A stretch of 64,000 nucleotides of DNA from Bryobacterales bacterium (GCA_963785595.1 CAWAVY010000001.1:20140-84139), one strand, 5' to 3'. Counted from the stretch's first letter, positions 27,814-37,258 are shown. The notes: a model not told the origin generated them from the letters alone. Program-made: numbers and translations.

Positions 27814-29758
27814 GAAAGAAGCTTTGAAGATCCTCTAATTTCCTGGTAAGCCGGTAAGGGGGCAGGCTGTTGAAAAAAACCTTGCCATACGGCAGCTTGA
27901 TAATTCTATTATCCAGCAGCACGAGCGCGCCGCGATCGGACGCCGCCCTTATGAGCCGCCCAAAGCCCTGTTTTAGAGACAGCGCGGCTTGCGGTACCTG
28001 ATATTCGTAGAACGCATTGCCGCCGGCTTGACGGATAGCTTCGGTGCGCGCGGCAATCACCGGATCGCCGGGCACGGCGAAGGGCAGCCGATCGATGATC
28101 ACACAACTCAACTGCTCGCCTTGCACGTCAATACCCTGCCAGAAGCTGGAGGTGCCGAAGAGAACAGCGCCTGGCGTGTTGCGAAAGGTTTCGACCAACG
28201 CCGTGCGCGGGGCTTCGCCTTGCATCAACAAGGGGTGGTCAAGGCGGACTTTGAGCATCTCGTAGACTTGCCGCATCTGTTGGTAGCTGGTGAAGAGCAC
28301 GAAGGCGCGGCCGCGTGAGGCGTCGAGAACTTCGTGGATGAGGTCTGCGGCTCGCCAGGAGAACTCGGGCTGACGGGGGTCGGGCAAATGCGGCGGCACA
28401 TAGAGGAGCACTTGTTTGGCGTAATCGTACGGGCTTTCTATCCGCAGTGTGCGCGCGTTGGGAAGCCCTAAACGCTTTTGGGTGTAGGCGAATTCACCAG
28501 CCACGGCCAACGTGGCGGAGGTCAAGACCACAGTGGCAACGCAATCAAATAGGCGCGCCGCTAACATTTGCGAGACGTCTATGGGAGTAGCCTGCAGATA
28601 GACGCCGCGGCCGCGGGCTTCGACCCAATACACATTGGCGGGGTCGGGCGTTTCGAGCCAATAGCGGAGGCCCTGCTGCAGGAGTTTCGCGCGCCGGACC
28701 AAGGGCAACGTATCGTCAACCGCGCCCTGCACCAATTCGAGCCGGGCGGATAAAGTCTCGAGCGCCAGCAGCAGTTCCCGGTAGGTGGCTTCGTTGGCAT
28801 TCAGGAACGACTCGTGTTGGCGAAAGCCCTGGCGGCCTTCGTGCGGAAAGAGAGAAAAGAAATCGTCGCAGCGGTCGCCAAGCTGGATGAGGCCGCGGTC
28901 GAGTTCAGGCGTGGCGAAGAGCTTTCTGCGTGAAACAGCGGCGGTGTCCTTGATCAGCTCATGGATTTGGAGATTGCTGATGCTGAGTCCAAAATACTGG
29001 CCGGCGACGTCCTCAATCTCGTGAGCTTCATCGAAAATCACCGCGTCATAATCCGGCAGGATTGCACCGAAAGCGCGGTCGCGCGCGGCCAGGTCGGCGA
29101 AGAACAAGTGATGATTCACCACTATGATGTCGCTGGCGATGGCGCGGCGGTGCATCTCGGTGATGAAACAGCGCTCGAACTGCGCGCACTTCTGACCGGC
29201 GCAATTATCGCTGCGGGCGTCCATCTTCCACCACGCGCCGCCGCTTTCGGGAATGTCGTGAAGCTCGCTGCGGTCGCCGGTTTCGGTGGTCTTCTCCCAA
29301 TCGCGGATGATCTGAAATTCGCGCCGCTCCTCGAAGCCGGTAAGCAAGGGCTCGCGTTCGGCGTCATAGAGTTTTTGGCGGCACAGGTAGTTCTGGCGGC
29401 CTTTCATGTAGCAAGCATGAATGGGCGTGTCGAACATGCTTTGCAAAAAGGGGAGATCTTTGAAAAAGAGCTGCTCCTGCAGCGCCTTGGTGCCGGTGGA
29501 GATGACCACGCGTTTGCCGGACAGAATGGAGGGAAGCAGATAAGCGAGCGTCTTGCCGGTGCCGGTGCCGGCTTCCACAATGAGATGGCGGCGGTCGGCG
29601 AGCGCGTCCGCGACAGCGACGGCCATGTCGATTTGGCCGGGGCGGTGTTCGTAGTTGGGGTGGGCCCGCGAAAGCGCACCGTTACGCCCGAAAAAACTCT
29701 TCGGCGTCAACCTCGCGCTGGTGCCACGGGGCCGTTCGGTTTGGCTGGTGGTGCTCAC
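27806..29758 (-). CDS. dinG: DinG/XPD-family ATP-dependent DNA helicase (Fe-S type)
   Basis: 650 aa. It has a Walker A motif (EAGTGTGKT), a DEAH box (VIFDEAHEIED) and four Cys in the inserted Fe-S domain (C..C...C..C around residues 116-199). Its 3' end overlaps the queD start by 8 bp. Confidence 0.85.
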   Translation of the reverse strand: MSTTSQTERPRGTSARLTPKSFFGRNGALSRAHPNYEHRPGQIDMAVAVADALADRRHLIVEAGTGTGKTLAYLLPSILSGKRVVISTGTKALQEQLFFKDLPFLQSMFDTPIHACYMKGRQNYLCRQKLYDAEREPLLTGFEERREFQIIRDWEKTTETGDRSELHDIPESGGAWWKMDARSDNCAGQKCAQFERCFITEMHRRAIASDIIVVNHHLFFADLAARDRAFGAILPDYDAVIFDEAHEIEDVAGQYFGLSISNLQIHELIKDTAAVSRRKLFATPELDRGLIQLGDRCDDFFSLFPHEGRQGFRQHESFLNANEATYRELLLALETLSARLELVQGAVDDTLPLVRRAKLLQQGLRYWLETPDPANVYWVEARGRGVYLQATPIDVSQMLAARLFDCVATVVLTSATLAVAGEFAYTQKRLGLPNARTLRIESPYDYAKQVLLYVPPHLPDPRQPEFSWRAADLIHEVLDASRGRAFVLFTSYQQMRQVYEMLKVRLDHPLLMQGEAPRTALVETFRNTPGAVLFGTSSFWQGIDVQGEQLSCVIIDRLPFAVPGDPVIAARTEAIRQAGGNAFYEYQVPQAALSLKQGFGRLIRAASDRGALVLLDNRIIKLPYGKVFFNSLPPYRLTRKLEDLQSFFHV

Positions 29759-30041
29759 TTAGGGCGGCAAGACGGTGGAAACCTTAAGTGTAGTATGCGC
29801 GGCTAGTGGAGTGGGCTGGTCACTTTCTCGAGCGCAATAATCGAAACTGAGCCGTGAGAGACGAATGGCCGACATAAGAGTAACTCAAGCGGAGGCAAAC
29901 GCACTGATCGCAATAAGAGAAGGGATCGCAAGTCGATTCGCCGGAAAAGAGAAGGTCCATTGTTTATCGTCTTTGCGCTGGTGCTGCTGATCGTATTAGC
30001 TGGCGTTGCCGGTAGCTCAAACGGCGATGCCCGCATGCAGC

Positions 30042-30617
30042 CTAGTCGGTAAGAGAGACTCCGAAAAACGCCTCGACTGACGATTTGGTTTCTCCAATGT
30101 ATGCCCCGCTCCAACTGCGCAGTACCACTCCCTGTGGGGAGACCACAATCGTTGAGGGCGTTACCCTCAGCCTCATCGAGGCCAAATTCGCTGGCGACGG
30201 GTTACTTAGCACAGGGAATGCCATTGGGTGAAGCGCCAGGAACTCGTCCAGCCCCTCGCCGGACATTGACAGGCCCACCATTCGGTAGCGCGCTGACACC
30301 TGCCCGGCAAGAGAACCGAGGGTCGAGGCGTTCCGTTCGCACCAAGTGCAGCCCGGTCTGAAGAAGTAGATTACAGTGGGCTTCGACGTCTCAGCATAGG
30401 ACAGCTTCACGTGCCGCGCGCGACGGTCGACAGCATCAATTTCGGACAGTCTCTCACCTTCTTTAATTACGTCTTCTTTAATTACGTCGTCCAGCCGTGA
30501 TTCGCTTTGGGATTGAAGCGCCCAAATATGCATCGCTTGGCGAACGTTTATCATCACGGAGAGAACAAGCGCAATAGCTAATACGACGCTTGATCGGCTT
30601 GGCTTTGTGCGGCTCAC
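30042..30617 (-). CDS. Membrane-anchored thioredoxin-fold protein (TlpA/redoxin-like, CTWC active site)
   Basis: 191 aa. It has an N-terminal TM helix (VVLAIALVLSVMINV) and VIYFFRPGCTWCERNA, the CxxC context of thiol:disulfide oxidoreductases. Confidence 0.7.
   Translation of the reverse strand: MSRTKPSRSSVVLAIALVLSVMINVRQAMHIWALQSQSESRLDDVIKEDVIKEGERLSEIDAVDRRARHVKLSYAETSKPTVIYFFRPGCTWCERNASTLGSLAGQVSARYRMVGLSMSGEGLDEFLALHPMAFPVLSNPSPANLASMRLRVTPSTIVVSPQGVVLRSWSGAYIGETKSSVEAFFGVSLTD
30459..30488. repeat. Perfect 15-bp tandem duplication (TTCTTTAATTACGTC x2) inside the thioredoxin-fold gene
   Basis: Read directly: 30459-30473 equals 30474-30488. It is in frame and gives DVIKE-DVIKE in the linker after the TM helix. 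Confidence 0.95.
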
Positions 30618-30673
30618 GTAAAATCACGCTCGCTTGACGTGTGACCCGGCACACGAGCTTTCGAGGATAACGT

Positions 30674-31690
30674 TTATCGGACCTCCATTACGCTCAGCCT
30701 TGCCTTTTCCGGCGGTGCCGCGAACACCAATTTCTCCCCATCATTTCCTTTCATGTCCGGGATTTGTCCCGCCTCTGTCGGAACTCCAATTGTCTGCCAC
30801 CGCCCCGAGGTCCGCTCGAGCCGAAAGATAGAGGTCTTGTTCTCCCCCTTCCGCACTGCCTCATCTGCGAAAGCATAGACAATATCGGAGGGAGTCAAGG
30901 CAAGCTCGAAAACAACCGTTCTAAGATTGTTGCCCGGGACCGGATCGTAGGACTTCAGCGTTCTGGTATCAGGAAAGAACTCGAAATAATGCCCTCCCTC
31001 GCCCTCGTGCGTGTAACCGCCGGCGTACCAAGCGACGCGATCATTCGCGGCGGCCAAACGTCCGTTGCGAGTTACAGCCATGTCTCCAACTGTAGTCAGC
31101 GGAATGGCCGACCCGACAAATCGCCCCGCCGGGTCGAAGCGCCGCAAAATATCGCGGCTTCTGTCGATTTTCCTGGTCCCATTGCCGGGCACTTCGATCC
31201 CGACCGTCCACACAGAGCCGTCCGGCGCGACCGCAATCCGTTGCGGCTCGTATGGTTCGGTCCGAATGATTCTGAGCTCACTCCCCTGCCTGGAAACGTG
31301 CGCTAGAAAGCTGCTCAGTTGGCCGGAGGTGCTCGTAGAAAAGCCGCAGGCCCAGACAGAACCATCCGTTGCCGCCGCAAAATCGATCAGCTTTGTCATC
31401 CGAACGCCGGGAAGCTCGATCAAAGACTGAAGCTCCATCTTGCCGTCGCGATCAAAACCGTACAACGTCGGTGTACTAGCAGAAGTATCGTAGAGGACTA
31501 GCAATCCATTACTCCACCGCGTTTTGGAACTCAACACCGCGCTTTGAGGAATCCCGCTATAGTCAAGCGTGCGCCAAGCAGTAACAGCCGCAGTTGCAAC
31601 CACCCCATCCTGTCCATCCTCAGCGCGAACGAGTCCGCGCACAACAAACAAGCCTAGGGCCAGTAAGAACTTAGTCGTTCGGGTCTTCAT
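30674..31690 (-). CDS. Secreted hypothetical protein, beta-propeller-like
   Basis: 338 aa with a signal peptide (MKTRTTKFLLALGLFVVRGLVRA). It has recurring blade-like DGSVW / DRVAWY strands. I cannot name a family. Confidence 0.5.
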   Translation of the reverse strand: MKTRTTKFLLALGLFVVRGLVRAEDGQDGVVATAAVTAWRTLDYSGIPQSAVLSSKTRWSNGLLVLYDTSASTPTLYGFDRDGKMELQSLIELPGVRMTKLIDFAAATDGSVWACGFSTSTSGQLSSFLAHVSRQGSELRIIRTEPYEPQRIAVAPDGSVWTVGIEVPGNGTRKIDRSRDILRRFDPAGRFVGSAIPLTTVGDMAVTRNGRLAAANDRVAWYAGGYTHEGEGGHYFEFFPDTRTLKSYDPVPGNNLRTVVFELALTPSDIVYAFADEAVRKGENKTSIFRLERTSGRWQTIGVPTEAGQIPDMKGNDGEKLVFAAPPEKARLSVMEVR

Positions 31691-31751
31691 GCTTTAATCC
31701 TCATTAGAGAGTTTCGCAACTTCACCTGATTCACCGGGGTAGTTAGTTAGG

Positions 31752-32288
31752 CTAGGAGGTAGGAGGATACGTTGGACAGTCGCAATACGTCGCCCAGCAT
31801 CCAGCGCAGTTGCTTCCTCGACAGTGGGAATTGCCATTCGCCTGGTCGGCGAACTGAGGAAACCCCTCCGCATATCCGTTGGTAGCCTGCCCCGAGCAGC
31901 CGTTTCCTTGGCAGGCCGTATCCTCTAACCAAGCTCCGCAACCTGCGGCGTTGCAAGGCCACTCGCAGCCAGGATTGCCCTGGGCGTGAACGGTGGTCGA
32001 GAGACCAAGCAGGCCAAGAGCACGTTCCAATTTGCTGGGCCGTTCGGTGCGACAAGTCCGCACCTCAGGGCGTCGCTGAACTGCGGCCCACACTCGTAAG
32101 TTGCGTGGATCGGGCTGGATACCATCAAAGATTGAACGGAGCGGGTGGCCAAATGCCGTGGTTATAGATACGAGTTTAGTCGCTGGCGGGCGCCCGGGCT
32201 CCCACCCGTGTATCACCTTTGATTGCAATCCCAGAAACAAGGCAATTACCGTGCCCGAGACAATACCAACTACAGTCTTACTAGCCAT
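31752..32288 (-). CDS. Hypothetical membrane-anchored protein with Cys-rich C-terminal module (10 Cys in the last ~75 aa)
   Basis: It is the longest ORF in an otherwise 800-bp gap. It has an N-terminal TM helix (VVGIVSGTVIALFLGL), a second signal-like segment (ALGLLGLSTTVHA/QG) and a C-terminus GCEWPCNAAGCGAWLEDTACQGNGCSGQ...HCRGSNCAGCWATYCDCP. The RBS is weak. Confidence 0.45.
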   Translation of the reverse strand: MASKTVVGIVSGTVIALFLGLQSKVIHGWEPGRPPATKLVSITTAFGHPLRSIFDGIQPDPRNLRVWAAVQRRPEVRTCRTERPSKLERALGLLGLSTTVHAQGNPGCEWPCNAAGCGAWLEDTACQGNGCSGQATNGYAEGFPQFADQANGNSHCRGSNCAGCWATYCDCPTYPPTS

Positions 32289-32491
32289 AGCCGGATTCTA
32301 AACGCACAAGACAACTTCGTCAAATGAAATAGTGCAACGGGTTGGATGTCCTTTTGAGTGTTAGGTAGTTAACGCTGCCGTGCCTTTTGAAACCAAGCCC
32401 CTCTATCTCGACCACCGGAACGACGCGCTGCAGGATAAAAGCTGTTCCATGTGGTCAGCGTCGAAGTCATCACAGAACTTGGGGCGCATTC

Positions 32492-33046
32492 TCAGCGCAC
32501 GCCCGCTGCGGCCATCTTGGCGCGCAAACCCCTCTCCGCGTCGGGGCCCCAATAGGCGCAATCCAACTGTAAGAACACAGATGTATAGGGCACAGTCATG
32601 TTGGTTTTGATAATCAACACGCGAAAGGTCTGGCTTACGGCATCGAGCTTTTCGATGATCTTTTCGTGCGGCAGCGACTCCACCGTTTTATCTTTGAAGA
32701 TCGCGGCCAGACGGTAGCGGTAGGCCTCCACGCCTGGCGCCTCGGCGTCGTCGAGATACTTCAATTCCTGATCGATGTAAACGATAGGCGCGACGTGTTT
32801 CGATTTAGCCAACGCGGCGAGCACCGTTTCAAGAACTTCCACTTGATCGGCATTCGCGACCACAGTCTCAATGCCTTCTTTTGCCTGCGCGGGATAGGCT
32901 GAATCGGCTATGACAATCCAATTGCGATGGCCGTATGACGGAATGCGCTCCGCTAAGATCTTCTGCCAATTGCTATCGGCGCCCAAGCTCACCATATTAC
33001 AAAACAAAGCTGCGGTACAAAACAAGGCTGCGGCTGCAAGTTTCAT
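32492..33046 (-). CDS. RbsD/FucU-family-like protein with signal peptide
   Basis: 184 aa. YGHRNWIVIADSAYP matches the RbsD/FucU active-site strand (GH..xIVIADAxxP). The N-terminal hydrophobic leader is MKLAAAALFCTAALFCNMVSLGA. Confidence 0.6.
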   Translation of the reverse strand: MKLAAAALFCTAALFCNMVSLGADSNWQKILAERIPSYGHRNWIVIADSAYPAQAKEGIETVVANADQVEVLETVLAALAKSKHVAPIVYIDQELKYLDDAEAPGVEAYRYRLAAIFKDKTVESLPHEKIIEKLDAVSQTFRVLIIKTNMTVPYTSVFLQLDCAYWGPDAERGLRAKMAAAGVR

Positions 33047-33075
33047 CGACTTCTATTAGACAACGTGGGGCTTGG

Positions 33076-34326
33076 CTATTTGTTTACCGGTACGCTAGCT
33101 TCTTCGATTTTCAGCAACTGCTGCTTCAGGGCGTCGGCGTCTTTGGCATTGGGCACAAGGGCCAGATAGGCGCGCAGGTAGCCGGCTGCTGTTGTGTAGT
33201 CTTTGTTAAGCATCGAAATTTCGGCGAGCATACGGTTGGCTTCCGGATAACGGTGACGGGTATCCAGTTTGAGCAATGCCTGCCCGCTCTTAGAAGCATC
33301 GGACAGCTTGTTGAGGTTGTAATTCGCCACTGTGTTGTACCAGAACGAGCTGGGAAATTCCACCGGGTTGAGATCAATGGCCTGCTTGCTGTAGTTGGCG
33401 GCCTCTTCCCATTTGCCTTCCCGGGCCGCCAGCCAAGCTAGCTGATCGTAGGGGCTGACGTATTTTCTGTCCGCTTCGGCCGCCGCCACATAGGATTTCC
33501 GGGCATCTTCAAACTTGTTTTGGCGCTGCTGCAGTTGGCCAAGCGCAAACCATGCCACCGCGTACTTCGGATACTCGCTGGTGGCGGCGATCCAATGCTT
33601 TTCAGCCTCATCCAGATTGCCCTTGCGTTGCGCCTGAAGGCCCTTTTCGAAATTCTTCTGGGCGGCTTTCGGCGCCTCGGCGGTTGTGAGGCTAATGGTG
33701 GTGCCCTGCACGTTAGTGAGGCGGTGCAGAATGATGGTGCCGACGTTGGGGTCGTCGAGCGAGCGCCGGCTATCCAGAGAAATTGCATCGGAGCGATAGC
33801 CAGGGTAACTCGCCCGCAGTTCGCATCCCCACAGCGCGGTTTCAGAAGTACGATTGCCCAGGCCGGTGGTATCGCCAAACCCTGAATTCTGGCTGCGCGA
33901 ATTCAGGCCGTCGTAGTCCGATTGCGATGAATCCGCCGCACTGAGGCCGGCACCCGACTTGTTTCCCAACTGGAAGGAGAACCTGCCTTTGCTATCGGTA
34001 TGACCTTCGGTTCGAACGTTGGCACCGCAGACCCGCTCGATACTGATGTCGGAATTGAGGGGCGAGGCGTCGTCGAAGACGACTTTTCCGGCAAGAAAAA
34101 TGGCCCGATCGGGGAAGGGATTATTGGTTGAATTGTTGGTGCCGTTAGGGGTCAGCGAAGGCTGAGTACCGGGGACATTCGGATTGCCGCGCGTGCCGGC
34201 GGTGGGCGACGGCGCGCTCGCTCCGGCAGGGGCGCTTCCATGCTGTTGGCCAAGCAACTGCGGCCCGGTACCAGCTAGCATGGCGGCGATGAGAACGACA
34301 AAACTACGGTTGGTCCAGTGAATCAT
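33076..34326 (-). CDS. Secreted TPR-repeat protein with N-terminal CarboxypepD_reg-like beta domain
   Basis: 416 aa with a signal peptide. The beta-sandwich-like segment is FLAGKVVFDDASPLNSDISIERVCG..GHTDSKGRFSFQ. The C-terminal TPR units include AVAWFALGQLQQRQNKFEDARKSY. Confidence 0.75.
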   Translation of the reverse strand: MIHWTNRSFVVLIAAMLAGTGPQLLGQQHGSAPAGASAPSPTAGTRGNPNVPGTQPSLTPNGTNNSTNNPFPDRAIFLAGKVVFDDASPLNSDISIERVCGANVRTEGHTDSKGRFSFQLGNKSGAGLSAADSSQSDYDGLNSRSQNSGFGDTTGLGNRTSETALWGCELRASYPGYRSDAISLDSRRSLDDPNVGTIILHRLTNVQGTTISLTTAEAPKAAQKNFEKGLQAQRKGNLDEAEKHWIAATSEYPKYAVAWFALGQLQQRQNKFEDARKSYVAAAEADRKYVSPYDQLAWLAAREGKWEEAANYSKQAIDLNPVEFPSSFWYNTVANYNLNKLSDASKSGQALLKLDTRHRYPEANRMLAEISMLNKDYTTAAGYLRAYLALVPNAKDADALKQQLLKIEEASVPVNK

Positions 34327-34564
34327 GGAGCCTCCCTATTGAGTTGAGTATCGCATTTGTTGGGGCGCACTGGTTGGCCGGCGCCCGCCGCCCCGCCGAT
34401 GCCTGCTCATCGCTCGTCATTTTTCCGAAAATGCCGCGTCCCGATCCATGTCAACGTCTTCCGATTCAGCCGGTTAGAAACGGCATTCGCTTTGCATACA
34501 AAGCGCTGCCGGAACGTGCCAGTCGCAAATCCGGCAGAGAAGTAAGAACAGAAAGGGACACAAT

Positions 34565-35374
34565 ATGAAACGACACTCTAAGGGATTAGCGGTCATTACC
34601 GGGGCATCCTCGGGAATCGGTGCGGTGTACGCGGATCGTCTCGCCCGGCGCGGTTACGATTTATTACTGGTTGCGCGGAACCAGGGACGCATGGCGGATC
34701 TGGCGAACAAACTGGTAAGCGAGACGGGAAGCAATGTTGACATCCTCGCTACCGACCTCGCCGATTCTAACGATTTGGCCAAACTGGAGAAAATCCTCCG
34801 CGAAGACTCCAGAGTCACCTTGCTCGTCAACAACGCGGGCGTGGGCGCTACTGCGCCGTTAGTGAATTCGAACGTCAACGAAATGAGTCGAATGATCGCA
34901 CTCAATGTGGAGGCGCTGACAAGGCTGACCTACGCCGCAGTGCCCGCATTCGTGAAGCGCGGCACTGGCGTAATCATCAACATCGCTTCCGTCGTCGCGG
35001 TGGCTCCCGAGCGGCTCAATGGCGTCTACGGTGGCACGAAAGCCTTTGTTCTAGCTTTCAGCCAATCACTGTGGCATGAGTTGGCCGGCACTGGTGTCAA
35101 AGTTCAGGTCGTGCTGCCCGGGGCGACAGCCACGAATTTCTGGGCCGCCTCCGGCAGACCGGTCGAAAATCTGCCCCGGGAAATCGTGATGACTGCCGAG
35201 GATATGGTGGATGCGGCTCTCGCAGGCTTCGATCAAGGCGAGTTCGTGACGATCCCCGCGCTTCCGGATGCCGGGCAATGGGAATCTTATGAGGCCGCGC
35301 GCCAAGCCCTCATACCCAATTTGTCTCGTGCAGAAGCGGCCGGCAGGTATGGCGTAGTCCATGCCGCAGGTTGA
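34565..35374 (+). CDS. Short-chain dehydrogenase/reductase (SDR)
   Basis: It has the motifs TGASSGIG, NNAG and YGGTK (catalytic YxxxK). Confidence 0.9.
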   Translation: MKRHSKGLAVITGASSGIGAVYADRLARRGYDLLLVARNQGRMADLANKLVSETGSNVDILATDLADSNDLAKLEKILREDSRVTLLVNNAGVGATAPLVNSNVNEMSRMIALNVEALTRLTYAAVPAFVKRGTGVIINIASVVAVAPERLNGVYGGTKAFVLAFSQSLWHELAGTGVKVQVVLPGATATNFWAASGRPVENLPREIVMTAEDMVDAALAGFDQGEFVTIPALPDAGQWESYEAARQALIPNLSRAEAAGRYGVVHAAG

Positions 35375-35673
35375 GCGAGCCATGTTGAGGATTGAAAAAG
35401 AATCCGATGGATGCGTCACGCGACTGCTGCTGAGCGGGCGCATTCATCCGCGTGAGTTGCGCCGCGATTCCCAAGCGCTGATTGATAGATACGGTCACAA
35501 GCGCCCGGCCAAAATAACTACGCGCCCGCGCCTTCTTTCTCATCCTTCGTCATTTTGCCGAGCATGAGGCGCGGTTCTGAGCCTCTGTTTCCTTTCCTTT
35601 CAGCGATTTGCCGGTGGAGAGATGGTTGCAATATTCTCTTGCGTCAGTGTTCAGCATAAAAAGGAGAACGACA

Positions 35674-36159
35674 ATGACGCAAACAGAAATCCACTTCCAT
35701 CAGACAACCACTTTGACACCCGAACAGTACGTCGCCGGGCTCACCGACTTCGGACCTGGCCGCTCGAAGCTCTTTGGCAACAGCGCCGATGAGTACCTGA
35801 AGGTGCATTACCGCGGCCGCTCGGAAGCCGACGTTACCGAAGGGTCGGGCGGCATCTGGGAACGCCTGCACTACGACTGGTCCGATCCCAATCACGTCAT
35901 CCTAACAACGACCGATTCGAATGTGTGGGGAGGCGCGTCCGGCCACACCTACACCTTCAACCGTGAGTCCGACGGCACGACCAGCATTGACCTGAGCGTG
36001 GTACGCGAGGGCAAGAATCTCAAGGGACGCGTGCTCGGATTCGTGCTCAGGACCATTGGCAGGAGGGTTTTGAAAACGGCGTTTGAAAACTCCGTCAAAG
36101 CGATCGAAGCACGGAACGGCGGGTTGACAGAGCACGCCGCCGCACGACCGGCATTTTGA
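35674..36159 (+). CDS. SRPBCC-superfamily (polyketide cyclase/START-like) protein
   Basis: 161 aa. The ATG at 35674 has an AAGGAG RBS. Its size and beta-rich pattern fit SRPBCC. This call is low-specificity. Confidence 0.55.
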   Translation: MTQTEIHFHQTTTLTPEQYVAGLTDFGPGRSKLFGNSADEYLKVHYRGRSEADVTEGSGGIWERLHYDWSDPNHVILTTTDSNVWGGASGHTYTFNRESDGTTSIDLSVVREGKNLKGRVLGFVLRTIGRRVLKTAFENSVKAIEARNGGLTEHAAARPAF

Positions 36160-36201
36160 GCAGGAAGGGTTCGCGCCTTGATCCGCTCGCGTCGGCAGTA
36201 T

Positions 36202-36786
36202 TTAGTCTCGCAACTTGTCCGGTACCTGCACATCCCTCGGCGTGAACTCCGCCATCTTGGCAAGCAAATCGTTCAAGTCTCCGCTGACCAGCAATAAGTC
36301 CCTGTCTTCCGGCTTCAGGAATCTTTCATCCACGGCGTGCGCTAAGAATTGCAGCAGCAGGTCGTAATAGCCCGCCACATTCCACAGACCGCAGGGCTTG
36401 TGATGTATGCCGAGTTGCGCCCAGGTGAGGGCTTCGCACAACTCGTCGAGGGTGCCCCAGGCGCCCGGCAAAATCAGGAAAGCGTCGGCGCGGCGCGACA
36501 TTTCCGCCTTACGGTCATGCATGGAACGCACAACGTGGAGTTCCGAAAGGCCGCGATGCGCAATCTCAAGATCCACCAGCGATTGAGGAATGATTCCGAC
36601 AACCTGTCCGCCAGCTCGAAGGGCCGAATCGGCCAGCGCGCCCATGAGCCCGCGGTGGCCGCCGCCATAAACGATCTGAATGCTGCGCGCCGCCAGTTCC
36701 GTTCCGAGAGCTGCCGCCGCGCCGGCAAAAATCCCGTCCTTGCCCGCACTCGACCCGCAATAGACACAAATGCTTTTGATGTCCAT
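36202..36786 (-). CDS. LOG-family (TIGR00730) nucleotide 5'-monophosphate nucleosidase
   Basis: It has ICVYCGSS, YGGGHRGLMG and PGAWGTLDE (a variant of PGGxGTxxE). The start at ATG 36786 avoids overlap with hspR. Confidence 0.85.
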   Translation of the reverse strand: MDIKSICVYCGSSAGKDGIFAGAAAALGTELAARSIQIVYGGGHRGLMGALADSALRAGGQVVGIIPQSLVDLEIAHRGLSELHVVRSMHDRKAEMSRRADAFLILPGAWGTLDELCEALTWAQLGIHHKPCGLWNVAGYYDLLLQFLAHAVDERFLKPEDRDLLLVSGDLNDLLAKMAEFTPRDVQVPDKLRD

Positions 36787-36811
36787 GTGAACTACGGCCG
36801 AATCGGAGGGG

Positions 36812-37240
36812 TTAGCCCCGGAAGTTCTTGCGCTTAGCGTCGGCGGCTTTTTTGCTATCAACCCGCGACAAGGACCTGATGTGAAGCACCGGCATCAGGC
36901 TCAAGTCTTCTTCTTTCGGCTGGGTGGTGGCATGCTTGGAAAGTTCCTGGTTGAGGTTCGAAATGAACCCCTCGATCTGCTGCTGCATGGCTTCCATCTT
37001 CTCGCGCATGTTGAGAATAATCTCCACACCCGCCAGGTTCACGCCCAGATCGCGCGTTAGCTTCAAGATCACTTCCAAACGTTCCAGGTCTTCGTCCGTG
37101 TAGAGGCGCGTGTTGCCGTCGCTTCTCGAAGGCGTTAATAATCCTTCCCGCTCATACAGCCGCAGGGTCTGAGGATGAATTTCGTATTGTTCGGCCACTG
37201 CCGAAATCATGTAGGCCGCTTTGCCCTTGCTCTTCGTCAT
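36812..37240 (-). CDS. hspR: MerR-family heat-shock repressor HspR
   Basis: YMISAVAEQYEIHPQTLRLYEREGLLTPSRSDGNTRLYTDEDLERLEVILKLTRDLGVNLAGV. It lies directly downstream of dnaJ, as in dnaK-dnaJ-hspR operons. Confidence 0.8.
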   Translation of the reverse strand: MTKSKGKAAYMISAVAEQYEIHPQTLRLYEREGLLTPSRSDGNTRLYTDEDLERLEVILKLTRDLGVNLAGVEIILNMREKMEAMQQQIEGFISNLNQELSKHATTQPKEEDLSLMPVLHIRSLSRVDSKKAADAKRKNFRG

Positions 37241-37258
37241 TTTGCGCCGCCACCCGCT

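Noticed and set aside
29759-30041. Small plus-strand ORFs in the gap after dinG (42-aa MADIRVTQAEANALIAIREG..., and a TM-like segment PLFIVFALVLLIVLAGVAGSS in another frame)
   Set aside because: The TM-like frame has no ATG or GTG start, the two pieces are in different frames, and there is no RBS. The evidence is insufficient to call a gene or pseudogene.
35361-35567. 68-aa ORF whose start (MLRIEKESDGCVTRLLLSGRI) resembles the N-terminus of STAS/anti-sigma-antagonist-like proteins
   Set aside because: Only about 25 residues resemble the family and the rest is low-complexity. It overlaps the end of the SDR gene. At most it is a gene fragment.
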